Positions 41,310-51,359 of a stretch of DNA of 64,000 nt are shown here, in pieces. The translations under genes and the position numbers were made by a program. Each line of letters opens with the position of its first letter. Within the stretch, counting starts at the first letter, position 1. The notes below the pieces were generated by a model that saw only the letters and a program-made list of their open reading frames with translations, did no database searches and was not told the DNA's origin. The stretch is from Candidatus Thorarchaeota archaeon (lineage in GTDB: Archaea > Asgardarchaeota > Thorarchaeia > Thorarchaeales > Thorarchaeaceae), in NCBI GenBank assembly GCA_019057475.1, contig DXJO01000020.1, positions 1 to 64,000 of the forward strand, given 5' to 3'.

Positions 41310-44300
41310 ATGACGAAGAGAGATGAGAAGGTGATACTGGTATCCAGTCGCACGTATCTAGGACTATGGCCCTTGGTCAGAGCAATGTGGATAGGTGGAA
41401 CGATTGTATGTGGCCTCTACATGACACTCGTGTACTTGTTACCTCTTGTTGGCCTTATCCAACAGCCACCTGTGCCTCTGAAACTGACTGTCGAGATTAT
41501 TGTTTGTGCACTACCAGTCCTGTCAGGTGGGTTGTTGACCAGTGAGAGAATTCGCAATGATGAATTGTCGGCTTTTATCGATGAGCAATTTCTTGTTATT
41601 CAGCTGGATGGACATGTTGTTGTGACTTGCGTTCTGGAACTTGCTTCTGTGCCTAGCTCAATTGTTGTTGATCCGGGCAAGAAGCCTAGGTATAACACAG
41701 CCATGCTGTTGGCACTACGTGCAGGATTGGATAGTAGAGTTTCCATAGCATATGAGGTGGGAGTGGAGAGAGGGGAACCATTCCTGCGGCTATTCATTAC
41801 AGTATCTGGAAAGAATCTAACCGAGATGAAAGAGATCCTGAGGCGAGAAGCCACACGAACGGAAGCTATTCTTCTAGCTTCTTTAAACGGGGTCGAGGTG
41901 TACCAGCTAGGAGAAGACAAGCTGAGGGGAGCAGTTGAAATAGTACATCACATAGACTCGTTGAGAGAACCCGCAGCATTGGTTCATGGTGACGGGATGC
42001 ATCGGTCACTCACATTTGTTTCGGGAATCCCCCGAGTGGCGCCTTCGATTGATGCATCACAGGTTGGTACATTCATCTCTACTGTAATCAAACAGGGATA
42101 TTCTGTCACGCTTACGTGTGTATTCTCAAGTGCAAAAGCGGGCAGAGAGAGGAGGAGAATGGAAGGAGAATGGAAAAACATTCGCACAAAGGAGTTGAGG
42201 AATGAGGAATCCTTAGCTGATCATGCCACCAAGAGGAAACTTCTAGATCAACATGAGAGAATGCAAGGTGATTCTGGCTGGTTTTACAACTCTGTATATG
42301 TTCATGCTAAAGCAAGAGATGCTGCTGAACTTGAAAGGGTGACAAATGGTGTAAACGGTCTTGTCGCCTCGATTTGGGGTGGGGAGGAAAACATCTCCTT
42401 GAAGAAAAGAAGAATTCGAGGTAGAACTGCATGTAGATTTCTCACCAGACGGCATCTCAAACGTCAAAAAATTCACGTGAGTTCCTTAGTGGGTTACGTA
42501 AACACCCCTGTACAACAGCTTCCTGTAATTGCAGCGACCATGGCTCCAGTCTTTCCAGTTCCGCTGAGAGAGCTGATAGAAAATGAACTGATCATTGGAA
42601 AGACAATCTATGGGGGGCGACGCATTAGTGATATCGGGATTAAACCGGAGTGGCTGAGAGAACATGTTGCAGTTCTCGGTGCTACTGGCACGGGCAAGAC
42701 AAATCTTGTGAAGAAATTGATGCTTGAACTGAGCTTGAAGACTAACGTTCCTTGGTGGGTATTTGATATTAAGGGATCTGAATACGCGGACCTTGCAGGA
42801 TGGGATTCCAACATTCTCATACTCAGTCCGGGAGAAGATGCCTCCTTCGTGATGGATTTGTTAGACACTGAAATGGATTCAAGTGAGATAGATGCACATG
42901 CAACGTTTGCGATTCTAAGGGAGCTCATAAATGAAAGAGGTCTGTCATCTGAACTTTCGCCTGCCATGGAGAAGCTCTTGCGAGAATCAGTAGTGGAGTT
43001 AGCGAAATCAAGACGTAAGACAAAGTCAGTTCAAGCCCTCAACCAGATTATCTCGAAACTGGCTGGCAATGATCGCTTTGGAAACATGACTAGGGATGCG
43101 CTTCTAAACCGTCTTGAAATATTATCACGTGAACCCCTCGGATCCATACTAAGGGGGGGAGCAAAAGCACTCAAGATTTCTACTCTGTTGAACAAGCGTG
43201 TGGTATTCGACATGCGCCACGTTGCACGGGTAGGCGGAATGGATGCTGTCCGGATCCTCTACAATCTTGTTGCCAAGAGAATATTCGATAGTGCGATGAA
43301 GCGGGGAATAAGGCCTGGACTGCATCACGTAGTGGTTCTTGAAGAGGCAAGTAATTTGGTGCCTGAGAGCTATACAAGGCATTCTGCAGCAGATGTCACC
43401 ACTGGCGAGTCAATGGTTATGCTTCAAAGAGCCACCGGACAAGGAGTCATTGTTGTGTCAACAAGGCCAAACATCTCCTCGAACATTTTGGCCAATACTG
43501 CAACCAAGATTACATTTCGTCTGCCTTACGACAGCTCAATTGGGGCGAGGTATATGGCCCTCAATGCTGAACAAGAGGAGTATCTTAAGTCACTGAAGTG
43601 TGGCAGAGCCCTCATTCATGTTCCGAGTTCTAGTACTTTCGAGATCGCAACTAAGCTGTTTGGGCCCATGTCTGAAACCTCAGGGCAAGATGTGAGAGAA
43701 ACGGTCACTCAAGGCTGTGAGAAAACTGAATTCGGTACAGTCATACACGAAACGCGCACTATTACTGAACCTGAGAGTGTAGTGTTTAATCGGTTGGGTG
43801 AGCTGGCGAACCATGTGGTTGCCTTTCTTGCATCCAGAGATATGGCCACTGAGATTGAGATAAGGAATATATTGATGACTCTGGATTCGCAATTTGCAGA
43901 AAACGATATTGCTGAGATAATCCGGGACTTTGTATCTCTGGGAACTATTGCACGCGAAGCACTTTCACTTGTCCCTGGAGGTTTCGTGTTTACACTGCCA
44001 GGCAGAGAACTGGAAGCTGTTAAAGACGTTATTATGGACTACATAATTCAACGTCTGGACTCAGTTCATAACTTTAAATACCAGAAGCTGGATTCGAATG
44101 GGGCACAGTTGATTGTGGGCAATCATGCTATGCTCATCTTGCCAAACCATTTGAAAGCATCTTCCATTGAATCGGTTCTGGAACAGATTGGAGCATGTAT
44201 GAGTGAGCTCGGGAACAACATCAACAAATTGGTGGTAGTGGTAAGAGGAAGTATCGCCGCAGCCAAGCTAAGAGAACTCACTGACCGGTCGGAGGCATTT

Positions 44301-45062
44301 GATGATGTGACTGTAATCTCAGCTTTTCCCAGCTCAATAAACAAGGTGGTGGATGAACTTGTCCACGGGAGGTCCCATCTGAGCGAAATAGTTGAAGAAC
44401 AGCCTGGTGCAGTTGTTAGTTTCTCCGAATCAGAAAAGATTGATTTGAGGGGAGCTGTGCATGAAGTTGGTTCAGCTACGAGTCGTGCAGTCCAAATGCG
44501 TCTCTGGTTTGGTCTAATCGAAGACTTCGTTGGTCTGTCGGATGGACATGTTGCGTGGGATGCTCTTCTAGAATTTATCAAAACTACTGCATTGCAGTCG
44601 CTCAAAGGGAGATCAGCTCCCATGAGTGTCGAGGAAGGCAAACGTGCTCTTACAGAACTCCTTGCTGACGAAGTACTTGTGGCATTGCGTGTGGGGGGCA
44701 AAAAGCGATATACCAATTTTGAAAAGGACCTCTGGATTGTGAATTCATCAGTACTGGGAAATCTCAAGGAAAGAGCAGTCAATCTGCTAATTGGAGAGAT
44801 TGGGAAGCAGAATGGGCCTGTTTCTCTAGGCCATGAATATTACGATTTCTGCGTTGGTAAGAAATCCTATGTTGTATTTCCGACACAGCAACAGCTTAAC
44901 ACACTTCTTAATCTTCATAGTGATTTGGCATGCCGGATTTGTGGGTCGACTCAAGTGATATGCCTCCTAACAGCGGCTGAGTATCTTGATGATAGTGCTA
45001 TAGTTCCAGCGAATTTGACCATGAAGACGATGGACGATGCGATTGCAGAAATGCTAATCTAG
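41310..45062 (+). CDS. Large membrane-anchored HerA/FtsK/VirB4-superfamily ATPase
   Basis: Two N-terminal TM helices, HVAVLGATGTGKT, VFDIKGSEY, VVVLEEA, NILANTATKITFRL; about 450 aa C-terminal extension. Confidence 0.82.
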   Translation: MTKRDEKVILVSSRTYLGLWPLVRAMWIGGTIVCGLYMTLVYLLPLVGLIQQPPVPLKLTVEIIVCALPVLSGGLLTSERIRNDELSAFIDEQFLVIQLDGHVVVTCVLELASVPSSIVVDPGKKPRYNTAMLLALRAGLDSRVSIAYEVGVERGEPFLRLFITVSGKNLTEMKEILRREATRTEAILLASLNGVEVYQLGEDKLRGAVEIVHHIDSLREPAALVHGDGMHRSLTFVSGIPRVAPSIDASQVGTFISTVIKQGYSVTLTCVFSSAKAGRERRRMEGEWKNIRTKELRNEESLADHATKRKLLDQHERMQGDSGWFYNSVYVHAKARDAAELERVTNGVNGLVASIWGGEENISLKKRRIRGRTACRFLTRRHLKRQKIHVSSLVGYVNTPVQQLPVIAATMAPVFPVPLRELIENELIIGKTIYGGRRISDIGIKPEWLREHVAVLGATGTGKTNLVKKLMLELSLKTNVPWWVFDIKGSEYADLAGWDSNILILSPGEDASFVMDLLDTEMDSSEIDAHATFAILRELINERGLSSELSPAMEKLLRESVVELAKSRRKTKSVQALNQIISKLAGNDRFGNMTRDALLNRLEILSREPLGSILRGGAKALKISTLLNKRVVFDMRHVARVGGMDAVRILYNLVAKRIFDSAMKRGIRPGLHHVVVLEEASNLVPESYTRHSAADVTTGESMVMLQRATGQGVIVVSTRPNISSNILANTATKITFRLPYDSSIGARYMALNAEQEEYLKSLKCGRALIHVPSSSTFEIATKLFGPMSETSGQDVRETVTQGCEKTEFGTVIHETRTITEPESVVFNRLGELANHVVAFLASRDMATEIEIRNILMTLDSQFAENDIAEIIRDFVSLGTIAREALSLVPGGFVFTLPGRELEAVKDVIMDYIIQRLDSVHNFKYQKLDSNGAQLIVGNHAMLILPNHLKASSIESVLEQIGACMSELGNNINKLVVVVRGSIAAAKLRELTDRSEAFDDVTVISAFPSSINKVVDELVHGRSHLSEIVEEQPGAVVSFSESEKIDLRGAVHEVGSATSRAVQMRLWFGLIEDFVGLSDGHVAWDALLEFIKTTALQSLKGRSAPMSVEEGKRALTELLADEVLVALRVGGKKRYTNFEKDLWIVNSSVLGNLKERAVNLLIGEIGKQNGPVSLGHEYYDFCVGKKSYVVFPTQQQLNTLLNLHSDLACRICGSTQVICLLTAAEYLDDSAIVPANLTMKTMDDAIAEMLI

Positions 45063-45066
45063 TGTT

Positions 45067-45870
45067 TTAGAATTCTATTCTGGTACAAGTAGTTGATTTG
45101 CCTTCGAGAAGAGAGGTTAGACGCCCTGGAGCCGTGAGGTTGAAGATTGCAACTAGAGTTGTGTAATTGGCTAGCTCAAGAAGCTCCTGTGTCTTCTGTG
45201 TCATACCTCCTGTGACATCTATGGCTGCGGAAGTCCCTGTACCTGCGAGGACAGAATCCTTGTTGGAACTGTCAATCACAGACACGAGTGTGGCATTCGG
45301 GTTGACACGGGGATCTTCTTCGAATATGCCATCTACATCTGTGCCGATGAATACTCTTTGGATATCCAATGCTTTGGCTAGGTAGACCGAAATAGTATCG
45401 CCGCTTAGGATGGATGCCCCTTGAATATCGTCAAGGCACACATCGCCGTGGATGATGACTGTACAGCGCGCCTTAAGAGCCCCTTTGATTATGTCTGTTG
45501 GAAAGCTCGATATCACGCCATCGTGCATGCTAACTGAGGAAAATGGCGGAATTACAACAGATGGGATGCCATTGGCGTTTAGCGCTTGTTCAACCTCAAG
45601 TGATAGCAGCGTCATATTGTGCCGTATCGATGGGATGCCTGCAAGAAGTTTCTCTGGTGGAGTAGATGAATCTCCAAATCCATAAGCGTGTGCAGCTTGG
45701 TGACCATGTGCACCCCCTCCGAGAACGACAATTAGAGGTCCTTTGTGAGCTCGGATCTCTTTGGCAATACGATTAATTGCCACCTCGTTGACAGTAGGCG
45801 GAGAGAGTTTTTTTTGAGTTATTACTGAACCACCCAGTTTCACAAGTGTAAGAGATTTCAAATGTAACAC
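45067..45870 (-). CDS. ipk: Isopentenyl phosphate kinase
   Basis: KLGGSVIT.K, GGGAHGH..A, HGDV, ILSGD, TDVDG, DVTGGM..K. Confidence 0.9.
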   Translation of the reverse strand: MLHLKSLTLVKLGGSVITQKKLSPPTVNEVAINRIAKEIRAHKGPLIVVLGGGAHGHQAAHAYGFGDSSTPPEKLLAGIPSIRHNMTLLSLEVEQALNANGIPSVVIPPFSSVSMHDGVISSFPTDIIKGALKARCTVIIHGDVCLDDIQGASILSGDTISVYLAKALDIQRVFIGTDVDGIFEEDPRVNPNATLVSVIDSSNKDSVLAGTGTSAAIDVTGGMTQKTQELLELANYTTLVAIFNLTAPGRLTSLLEGKSTTCTRIEF

Positions 45871-46059
45871 TTAGGTTCGGAGAGGAATTGCGTGCTTATT
45901 GATATACCGTACATTGAATTTTGGACAAAGCTGACCATTATACTGCTATTCGTCTAGGAGCAGCTGCATACCTTCATGATGCGCCCCACAAGACAATCTT
46001 TTTATCGGGATGCAAGACGGTTGCCTCGGATGCCCTACCAAGTGGAGCTGTAATTCCAA

Positions 46060-46371
46060 ATGACTCAGAAAGCCAGAATTCGACTATCAAGCACAAGTAC
46101 AGAAGACCTTGATGGTGTTTGCAATCAAATTAAGCGCATAACACGCAAAACAGGCGTCCGAATGGCGGGGCCTATTCCGCTGCCAACCCGACGAATGGTA
46201 GTACCTACTCGCAAGACCCCATGTGGTCAAGGCACCGAATCGTGGGATAAATGGGAAATGAGAATTCACAAACGTCTAATAGATATTGACGCGGATGAAC
46301 GTGCAATACGTCAGATAATGCGTGTGAGAATTCCAGACTCGGTATACATCGAGATTGAGCTAACTGGCTAG
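46060..46371 (+). CDS. rpsJ: 30S ribosomal protein uS10
   Basis: [32 protein letters not shown]. Confidence 0.97.
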   Translation: MTQKARIRLSSTSTEDLDGVCNQIKRITRKTGVRMAGPIPLPTRRMVVPTRKTPCGQGTESWDKWEMRIHKRLIDIDADERAIRQIMRVRIPDSVYIEIELTG

Positions 46372-46456
46372 TTGGTCAACATTTATCTCTTTCACAAACT
46401 CTTTCAAGTTAGTGTAAGTAAGGTCAGTCACAGCAGTTTCTTGGGGCATCTTTGAG

Positions 46457-48280
46457 ATGTGCGGAATAATCGGTGTCGTTCAAGGGCGAGGCGAGGTTGC
46501 CTCATTTCTTCATCAAGCCCTGAAACGTCTTGAGTATAGGGGTTACGATTCCGTAGGCATTACCACTATTGCGGACAATCACCTGCACACAAAGAAAGAC
46601 AAAGGCAAGGTCGATGACGTTCACAGGAGTCTGAACCTTGATGACCTTCCAGGATCCATTGGAATAGGTCACACTCGCTGGGCAACACATGGTATTCCGT
46701 CGCTCATGAATTCGCATCCACATTTTGACTGCAAAAACGAGATAGCCGTAATACATAATGGAGTGATAGACAATTTCCTTCAACTAAGAACAGACTTGTG
46801 TTCAAGAGGTCATAAGTTCAAATCTGAAACAGATACAGAAATAATTCCGCATTTGATTGAGGAGTATATGAAAGAGGGGATGGACCTTGCGACGGCCCTC
46901 AAAGAGGTCACAAGGCAGATTGAGGGTACTTATGCCATAGTAGCAATGTCAACAAAGGAGCCCAAGAAGATTGTATGCACACGCAATGGTAACCCGCTTG
47001 TTCTTGGAAGGGAAGAAGGTGTATCGTATGTTTCCTCGGATATTCCAGCATTCCTGCCGATGACTAGCAACATGATTCTCCTGCTAGATGGTGAGATGGC
47101 TACATTATCAGTGGATGGTGTTGAAATCAGGAAACTCAGCGATAACACGCTTGTGAATCGGGAAACAATCAAGATAAGCTGGACAGCAGATCAAGCGCAG
47201 AAGAGTGGATTTCCGCATTTCATGTTGAAAGAAATACATGAACAGCCCGATGCGATAAGGAATACACTTCGGTTGAAACCAGAAGTAATTGAGGGTGCTG
47301 CCAAGCTCATACACAATGCACGACGAGTCTATCTGCTTGCAATGGGAACATCTGGACATGCCGCAATGGCATCACGTCACATGTTTGCATCAATCGCTGG
47401 AATCCTTCCGACCTTTGAACTGGCTAGTGATTTCCCAGACACAGTATATGGCGCCTTATCCAAAGATGATCGTATAGTTGCAATCACACAGTCTGGGGAA
47501 ACAACTGACACGATTACAGCTGTCAAGTACGCGCAGAAATTTGGTGCCAAGGTGCTTGCAATAACAAATGTGGTGGGTAGTTCCATCACGAGAATGGCTG
47601 ATTATACCGTTATCACACAAGCAGGGCCTGAGATTGGCGTGGCTGCTACGAAGACATTCATGGTCCAGCTCACTTCGCTTGCTCAAATTGCACTGGCCCT
47701 TGGAGAGCTTACGGGGTTCATGGATTCCAAAGAGATAGAGAGAAAACGTCAATCTTTGCAAGGAATTCCCGAGATTGTTTCAAGTGTTATCTCAACACAA
47801 GAAGAAAGAGCAAGGCGATTAGCTGGCATTCTCTATGACAGACCGAGTCTTCTGTTCTTGGGACGAGGGGTTTCTATGGCTACAGCATACGAAGGGGCTC
47901 TTAAGCTCAAGGAGATTGCTTACAATCATGCGGAGGGATACTCTGCGGGCGAATCCAAACACGGGCCAATCGCCCTTGTTCAGGGCGACTATCCGGTCAT
48001 ATTCGTGGTGCCCAATGATGGAACCAGAAGTACCATAATTGGAAATATTATGGAGATGAAAGCGAGAGGGGCGTCCATTATATCTGTCATCGAGGAGGGC
48101 GATACTGACTTGGATAGCTTATCAGATCACACATTCACGGTTCCTGCGGGAGTTGAGCCGGAGTTCTCAACAATGGTGTACGTGGTTCCTTTGCAACTGT
48201 TTAGTTACTACATGGCGACAAGAAATGGATACGATCCTGACAAACCTCGAAACCTTGCCAAGTCAGTTACTGTGCTTTGA
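46457..48280 (+). CDS. glmS: Glutamine-fructose-6-phosphate aminotransferase
   Basis: MCGIIG, LEYRGYDS, GHTRWATHG, MLKEIHEQP, PRNLAKSVTV. Confidence 0.97.
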   Translation: MCGIIGVVQGRGEVASFLHQALKRLEYRGYDSVGITTIADNHLHTKKDKGKVDDVHRSLNLDDLPGSIGIGHTRWATHGIPSLMNSHPHFDCKNEIAVIHNGVIDNFLQLRTDLCSRGHKFKSETDTEIIPHLIEEYMKEGMDLATALKEVTRQIEGTYAIVAMSTKEPKKIVCTRNGNPLVLGREEGVSYVSSDIPAFLPMTSNMILLLDGEMATLSVDGVEIRKLSDNTLVNRETIKISWTADQAQKSGFPHFMLKEIHEQPDAIRNTLRLKPEVIEGAAKLIHNARRVYLLAMGTSGHAAMASRHMFASIAGILPTFELASDFPDTVYGALSKDDRIVAITQSGETTDTITAVKYAQKFGAKVLAITNVVGSSITRMADYTVITQAGPEIGVAATKTFMVQLTSLAQIALALGELTGFMDSKEIERKRQSLQGIPEIVSSVISTQEERARRLAGILYDRPSLLFLGRGVSMATAYEGALKLKEIAYNHAEGYSAGESKHGPIALVQGDYPVIFVVPNDGTRSTIIGNIMEMKARGASIISVIEEGDTDLDSLSDHTFTVPAGVEPEFSTMVYVVPLQLFSYYMATRNGYDPDKPRNLAKSVTVL

Positions 48281-48325
48281 GGACCTTAAATCCTTCATTG
48301 ATGAGTAGACTACTGTGAGAAGCCA

Positions 48326-48574
48326 ATGTTCTTCGAATTGCTAAGCCCACTTGCTGATTTCGCGATTCTCATTGCAGGGTATTTTGGCGAGATATGGGAC
48401 TTTTTGATTTTTATTGGCCAAGTTTCGGCAAGCATTATTGTGCTCATCGGAGCGATACTATGGTTTACAGAAGCCAATATGAAGAGAGGTAAGGGATTAG
48501 TGTTTAGTGGCATACTTTTAGCAGTTGTAATTCAGTACTTCGTCATGTATCCTCCAGTGTTCAGCCTTGGTTAG
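48326..48574 (+). CDS. Small two-TM membrane protein (VirB2/TrbC/CedA1-like architecture)
   Basis: 82 aa; two hydrophobic helices joined by a basic KRGK loop. Confidence 0.6.
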   Translation: MFFELLSPLADFAILIAGYFGEIWDFLIFIGQVSASIIVLIGAILWFTEANMKRGKGLVFSGILLAVVIQYFVMYPPVFSLG

Positions 48575-48594
48575 TGAAATGCATTTAATCCATA

Positions 48595-49812
48595 TCAGAG
48601 CAAATGATTGCATATCAAACGGAGACCGTCTATCAAACGATCGATGTCTTCAAGAGAATTGTAGGCATGCAAGGAGGCCTGTACAATTCCTTCCGAAGAT
48701 ATGGGCTTGATTAGGGGATGGGCACAGACAAGTCCACTTCTTACAGCTATATTCGACTCGTCCAGAAAGAGAGCGACATCATGACAGCTCATGCTGCCGT
48801 CGCTTCCTAGGTTGAATCCAAAGATGGTGTTTCTGTCGTTTGGCGTACCATATACAGTCAAGCATTTCATGTCATTCAGTCGGTCAGCCATATGACGGGA
48901 GATTATCCTCATGTAGCTATGAAAGTTATTTTGATGGAGATGAGATAGATAATCGATTGCTGCTCCCAGGCCAACAATAGCAGGAATATTGATTGTTCCA
49001 GATTCGAACTTGTCAGGTTGAAATGAAGACTCGAATGAGGTTTTCTCTACGTTTGCCACTGAAGATCCCCCTACGATTCCAGGGATATGTTTGGTGCCTA
49101 GTGTCCTTGTGACCCATTGCACTGAAAAACCTGGAGGACCCATTAACCCAATGTTGCCCGAGAATAGTAGAATGTCCGCTTTTAGTAAAGTAGGTGATGT
49201 ATCAAGGAAAGCAACAGAACGCGAGATATCAGTCAGGAGCAAGGATTCGTTCTCGTGGGCAATTCTTGCGACTTCTTCAATTGGGTTGGACATACCGATG
49301 CCAACAGTCACATGACCAACTGCGACAATTCCCGTCTTCTCATCGATTGTGTCCTTGAGCGTTTCCATGTTTAAAATTCCATTCTTGTCTACGGGGATTG
49401 TTTCAACTTGAAGATTGAGAACCTGGGCTGCTCTCAGGAGTGCAACTAATACTGAATGTTCCTCACTCTGAGAGATGATGATTTTGTTTCGTTGCTCCTT
49501 TTTCCAATCATAGCCGTACACAAGAGAAGCAACCGCTGATGGAATTGACTTTTGAAAGGAAACCTGCGCCTTGTCAGTGTTCAAGAATGTAGCTAGCTTT
49601 GCACGAACGTCTTCGACGATGGCGCTTCCATTGACTGCTAGTTTGTAGGCTCCACGTCGTGAAGACACCACTGTTGACGTTAGAAATGTGGTCATCGCAT
49701 CTATAGCAGTCTTCGGAACCAATGTGGTGCTCGCTGAATCGAAGTAGGCAAGGTCCGGATTGTCGTCATAGATGCCAAATTCCTTCTTCACATCATCCGG
49801 ATTGATTGGCAT
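48595..49812 (-). CDS. SufS-like class V aminotransferase homolog, degenerate PLP site
   Basis: YFDSASTT, FESGTINIPAI, RSGLVCAHP, ASLHAYN; SGNIG in place of SGHK. Confidence 0.85.
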   Translation of the reverse strand: MPINPDDVKKEFGIYDDNPDLAYFDSASTTLVPKTAIDAMTTFLTSTVVSSRRGAYKLAVNGSAIVEDVRAKLATFLNTDKAQVSFQKSIPSAVASLVYGYDWKKEQRNKIIISQSEEHSVLVALLRAAQVLNLQVETIPVDKNGILNMETLKDTIDEKTGIVAVGHVTVGIGMSNPIEEVARIAHENESLLLTDISRSVAFLDTSPTLLKADILLFSGNIGLMGPPGFSVQWVTRTLGTKHIPGIVGGSSVANVEKTSFESSFQPDKFESGTINIPAIVGLGAAIDYLSHLHQNNFHSYMRIISRHMADRLNDMKCLTVYGTPNDRNTIFGFNLGSDGSMSCHDVALFLDESNIAVRSGLVCAHPLIKPISSEGIVQASLHAYNSLEDIDRLIDGLRLICNHLL

Positions 49813-49868
49813 GGTTTGACATCGTTTGCTACACGTTTTTAACATCGTGTTATGGTTGGTCTTTCTGA

Positions 49869-50879
49869 TTGGTATTGAATCTCCAAGCTGTTGAGGGGTT
49901 TTTCCTTGTCACCGATGACGATCACATCTTTGAGGTGAAAGGTGTTGTTCATCCCAAGAATCGAGTAGTGGCATACCTGAGGTATTTGCCCGCCCAAGAT
50001 GGAAACCGTGTTTCTTCAAGTGGGGTTCGATATAGAAAAATTACTTCGTTGAAAGAACGTGAAGCCTATCTACAAGGAAAGCATAACGAATACCTCTGGT
50101 TTGATGAAACTCGTGGACGGCTCTTGCAAGCTGTGTCCTTGAATAGGATTGCATTTGTCCTTGACCCAGTTGATTGTCTGCGTCAGTTTAGAGATATGGG
50201 GCGACATTCAAGCTCATTGCAGCAGGCGTCTTTGGACTTGGTCCAAACATTGACTGACATAGCGGGGATTGAATGGGGAGCCATTGGGCTTACAGGGTCT
50301 CAACTGGTTGGACTTGCCTCGAGTGAATCTGACATTGACCTCGTAATTTATGGTGAAAAGCCGGCAAGAAAGGTGTACTCCATTCTGAAAGAACGGTTTC
50401 ATGCGATCGAGGATTTGGATTGGTATGCAGGCAAGCTACTGGATAAGCATGTAACATTCAGATGGGGTGAGAATCCTCGATGGCGTGATGTTTTGCGGAA
50501 GGTCGAATCAGACAAGGTGTTACAAGGAATCTTCGGCGGATACGAATTTTTCATTCGGATGGTCAAATCATCGGATGAGGTTGGATGTGAGTATGAGGAC
50601 TTTGAGATTCATAATGAAGGAATGCTAACAGTCAAGTGTCATGTGACTGATGATCATGATTCAATCTTCACTCCGTGTGCGTATGGGGTTCTATGCGATG
50701 GACTTGGCAATCTAAGGAAACTTGTGAGCTACCGAGGACGTTTCACAGAGCAAGTTTCAAAGGGAATGGATGTGGAAGCCAAAGGACGACTTGAATCCGT
50801 TACAGATAGACGGTCTGGAGAAGAGTTCAGCCAGTTAATGCTTGGAGAGAATTGGGATGATTACCTAATACCCCTTTGA
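49869..50879 (+). CDS. Archaeal Pol-beta-like nucleotidyltransferase (COG1665-like)
   Basis: F.VKG..HP...VAYLRY, GLTGS......SDIDLVIYG, SYRGRFTEQ. Confidence 0.8.
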   Translation: MVLNLQAVEGFFLVTDDDHIFEVKGVVHPKNRVVAYLRYLPAQDGNRVSSSGVRYRKITSLKEREAYLQGKHNEYLWFDETRGRLLQAVSLNRIAFVLDPVDCLRQFRDMGRHSSSLQQASLDLVQTLTDIAGIEWGAIGLTGSQLVGLASSESDIDLVIYGEKPARKVYSILKERFHAIEDLDWYAGKLLDKHVTFRWGENPRWRDVLRKVESDKVLQGIFGGYEFFIRMVKSSDEVGCEYEDFEIHNEGMLTVKCHVTDDHDSIFTPCAYGVLCDGLGNLRKLVSYRGRFTEQVSKGMDVEAKGRLESVTDRRSGEEFSQLMLGENWDDYLIPL

Positions 50880-50947
50880 TTATCAAATTCACCACATTAA
50901 CACTAGTTCACACCATTCTGTTGTGAATGGCGCCATAATTGTGAATC

Positions 50948-51049
50948 GTCCAGAGAAATCGGGGGCTATAAGCCTCCATTGTATGCAAAAGGAGTTCATA
51001 ATGCCGGTCATCCTTGTGAATGGACACACCCCTCCGTTTCCACTGGAAC
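50948..51049. promoter_or_regulatory. ORB cluster A (candidate replication-origin elements)
   Basis: Minus-strand GTTCCAGTGGAAACGGAGGGGT (51028-51049) and degenerate plus-strand GTCCAGAGAAATCGGGGG (50948-50965), inverted, in an intergenic region. Confidence 0.7.
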
Positions 51050-51359
51050 TGAGCAAGAAGAATTCTTTATCCCTTGTAGGCTATTCACAAGCCACATATT
51101 CTAGTGAATGCTTGAAGATATGGAGGAATCGCCTATTTTTCCAATTAAGGGGCGGATAGGCCTTATTATATTCATTACGGAGTGTAGAGCATGTCACCAC
51201 AGGAGAATCGTGATGGGGGGGTCTTGAACGTATACAGACGCAATATCTTGCGCTTACCCAGGTATTGGCAATTCACATACTCACATTTATTTGCAGAATG
51301 TGTGTAATTCATTGTGAATAGCAATAATATGGACCGCTTATTCGGAGAGTGATGAAATC

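Noticed and set aside
44123-44782. Long antisense ORFs (this one, 27437-28195, 19290-19814 and others)
   Set aside because: Shadow frames of well-supported genes with no independent signal
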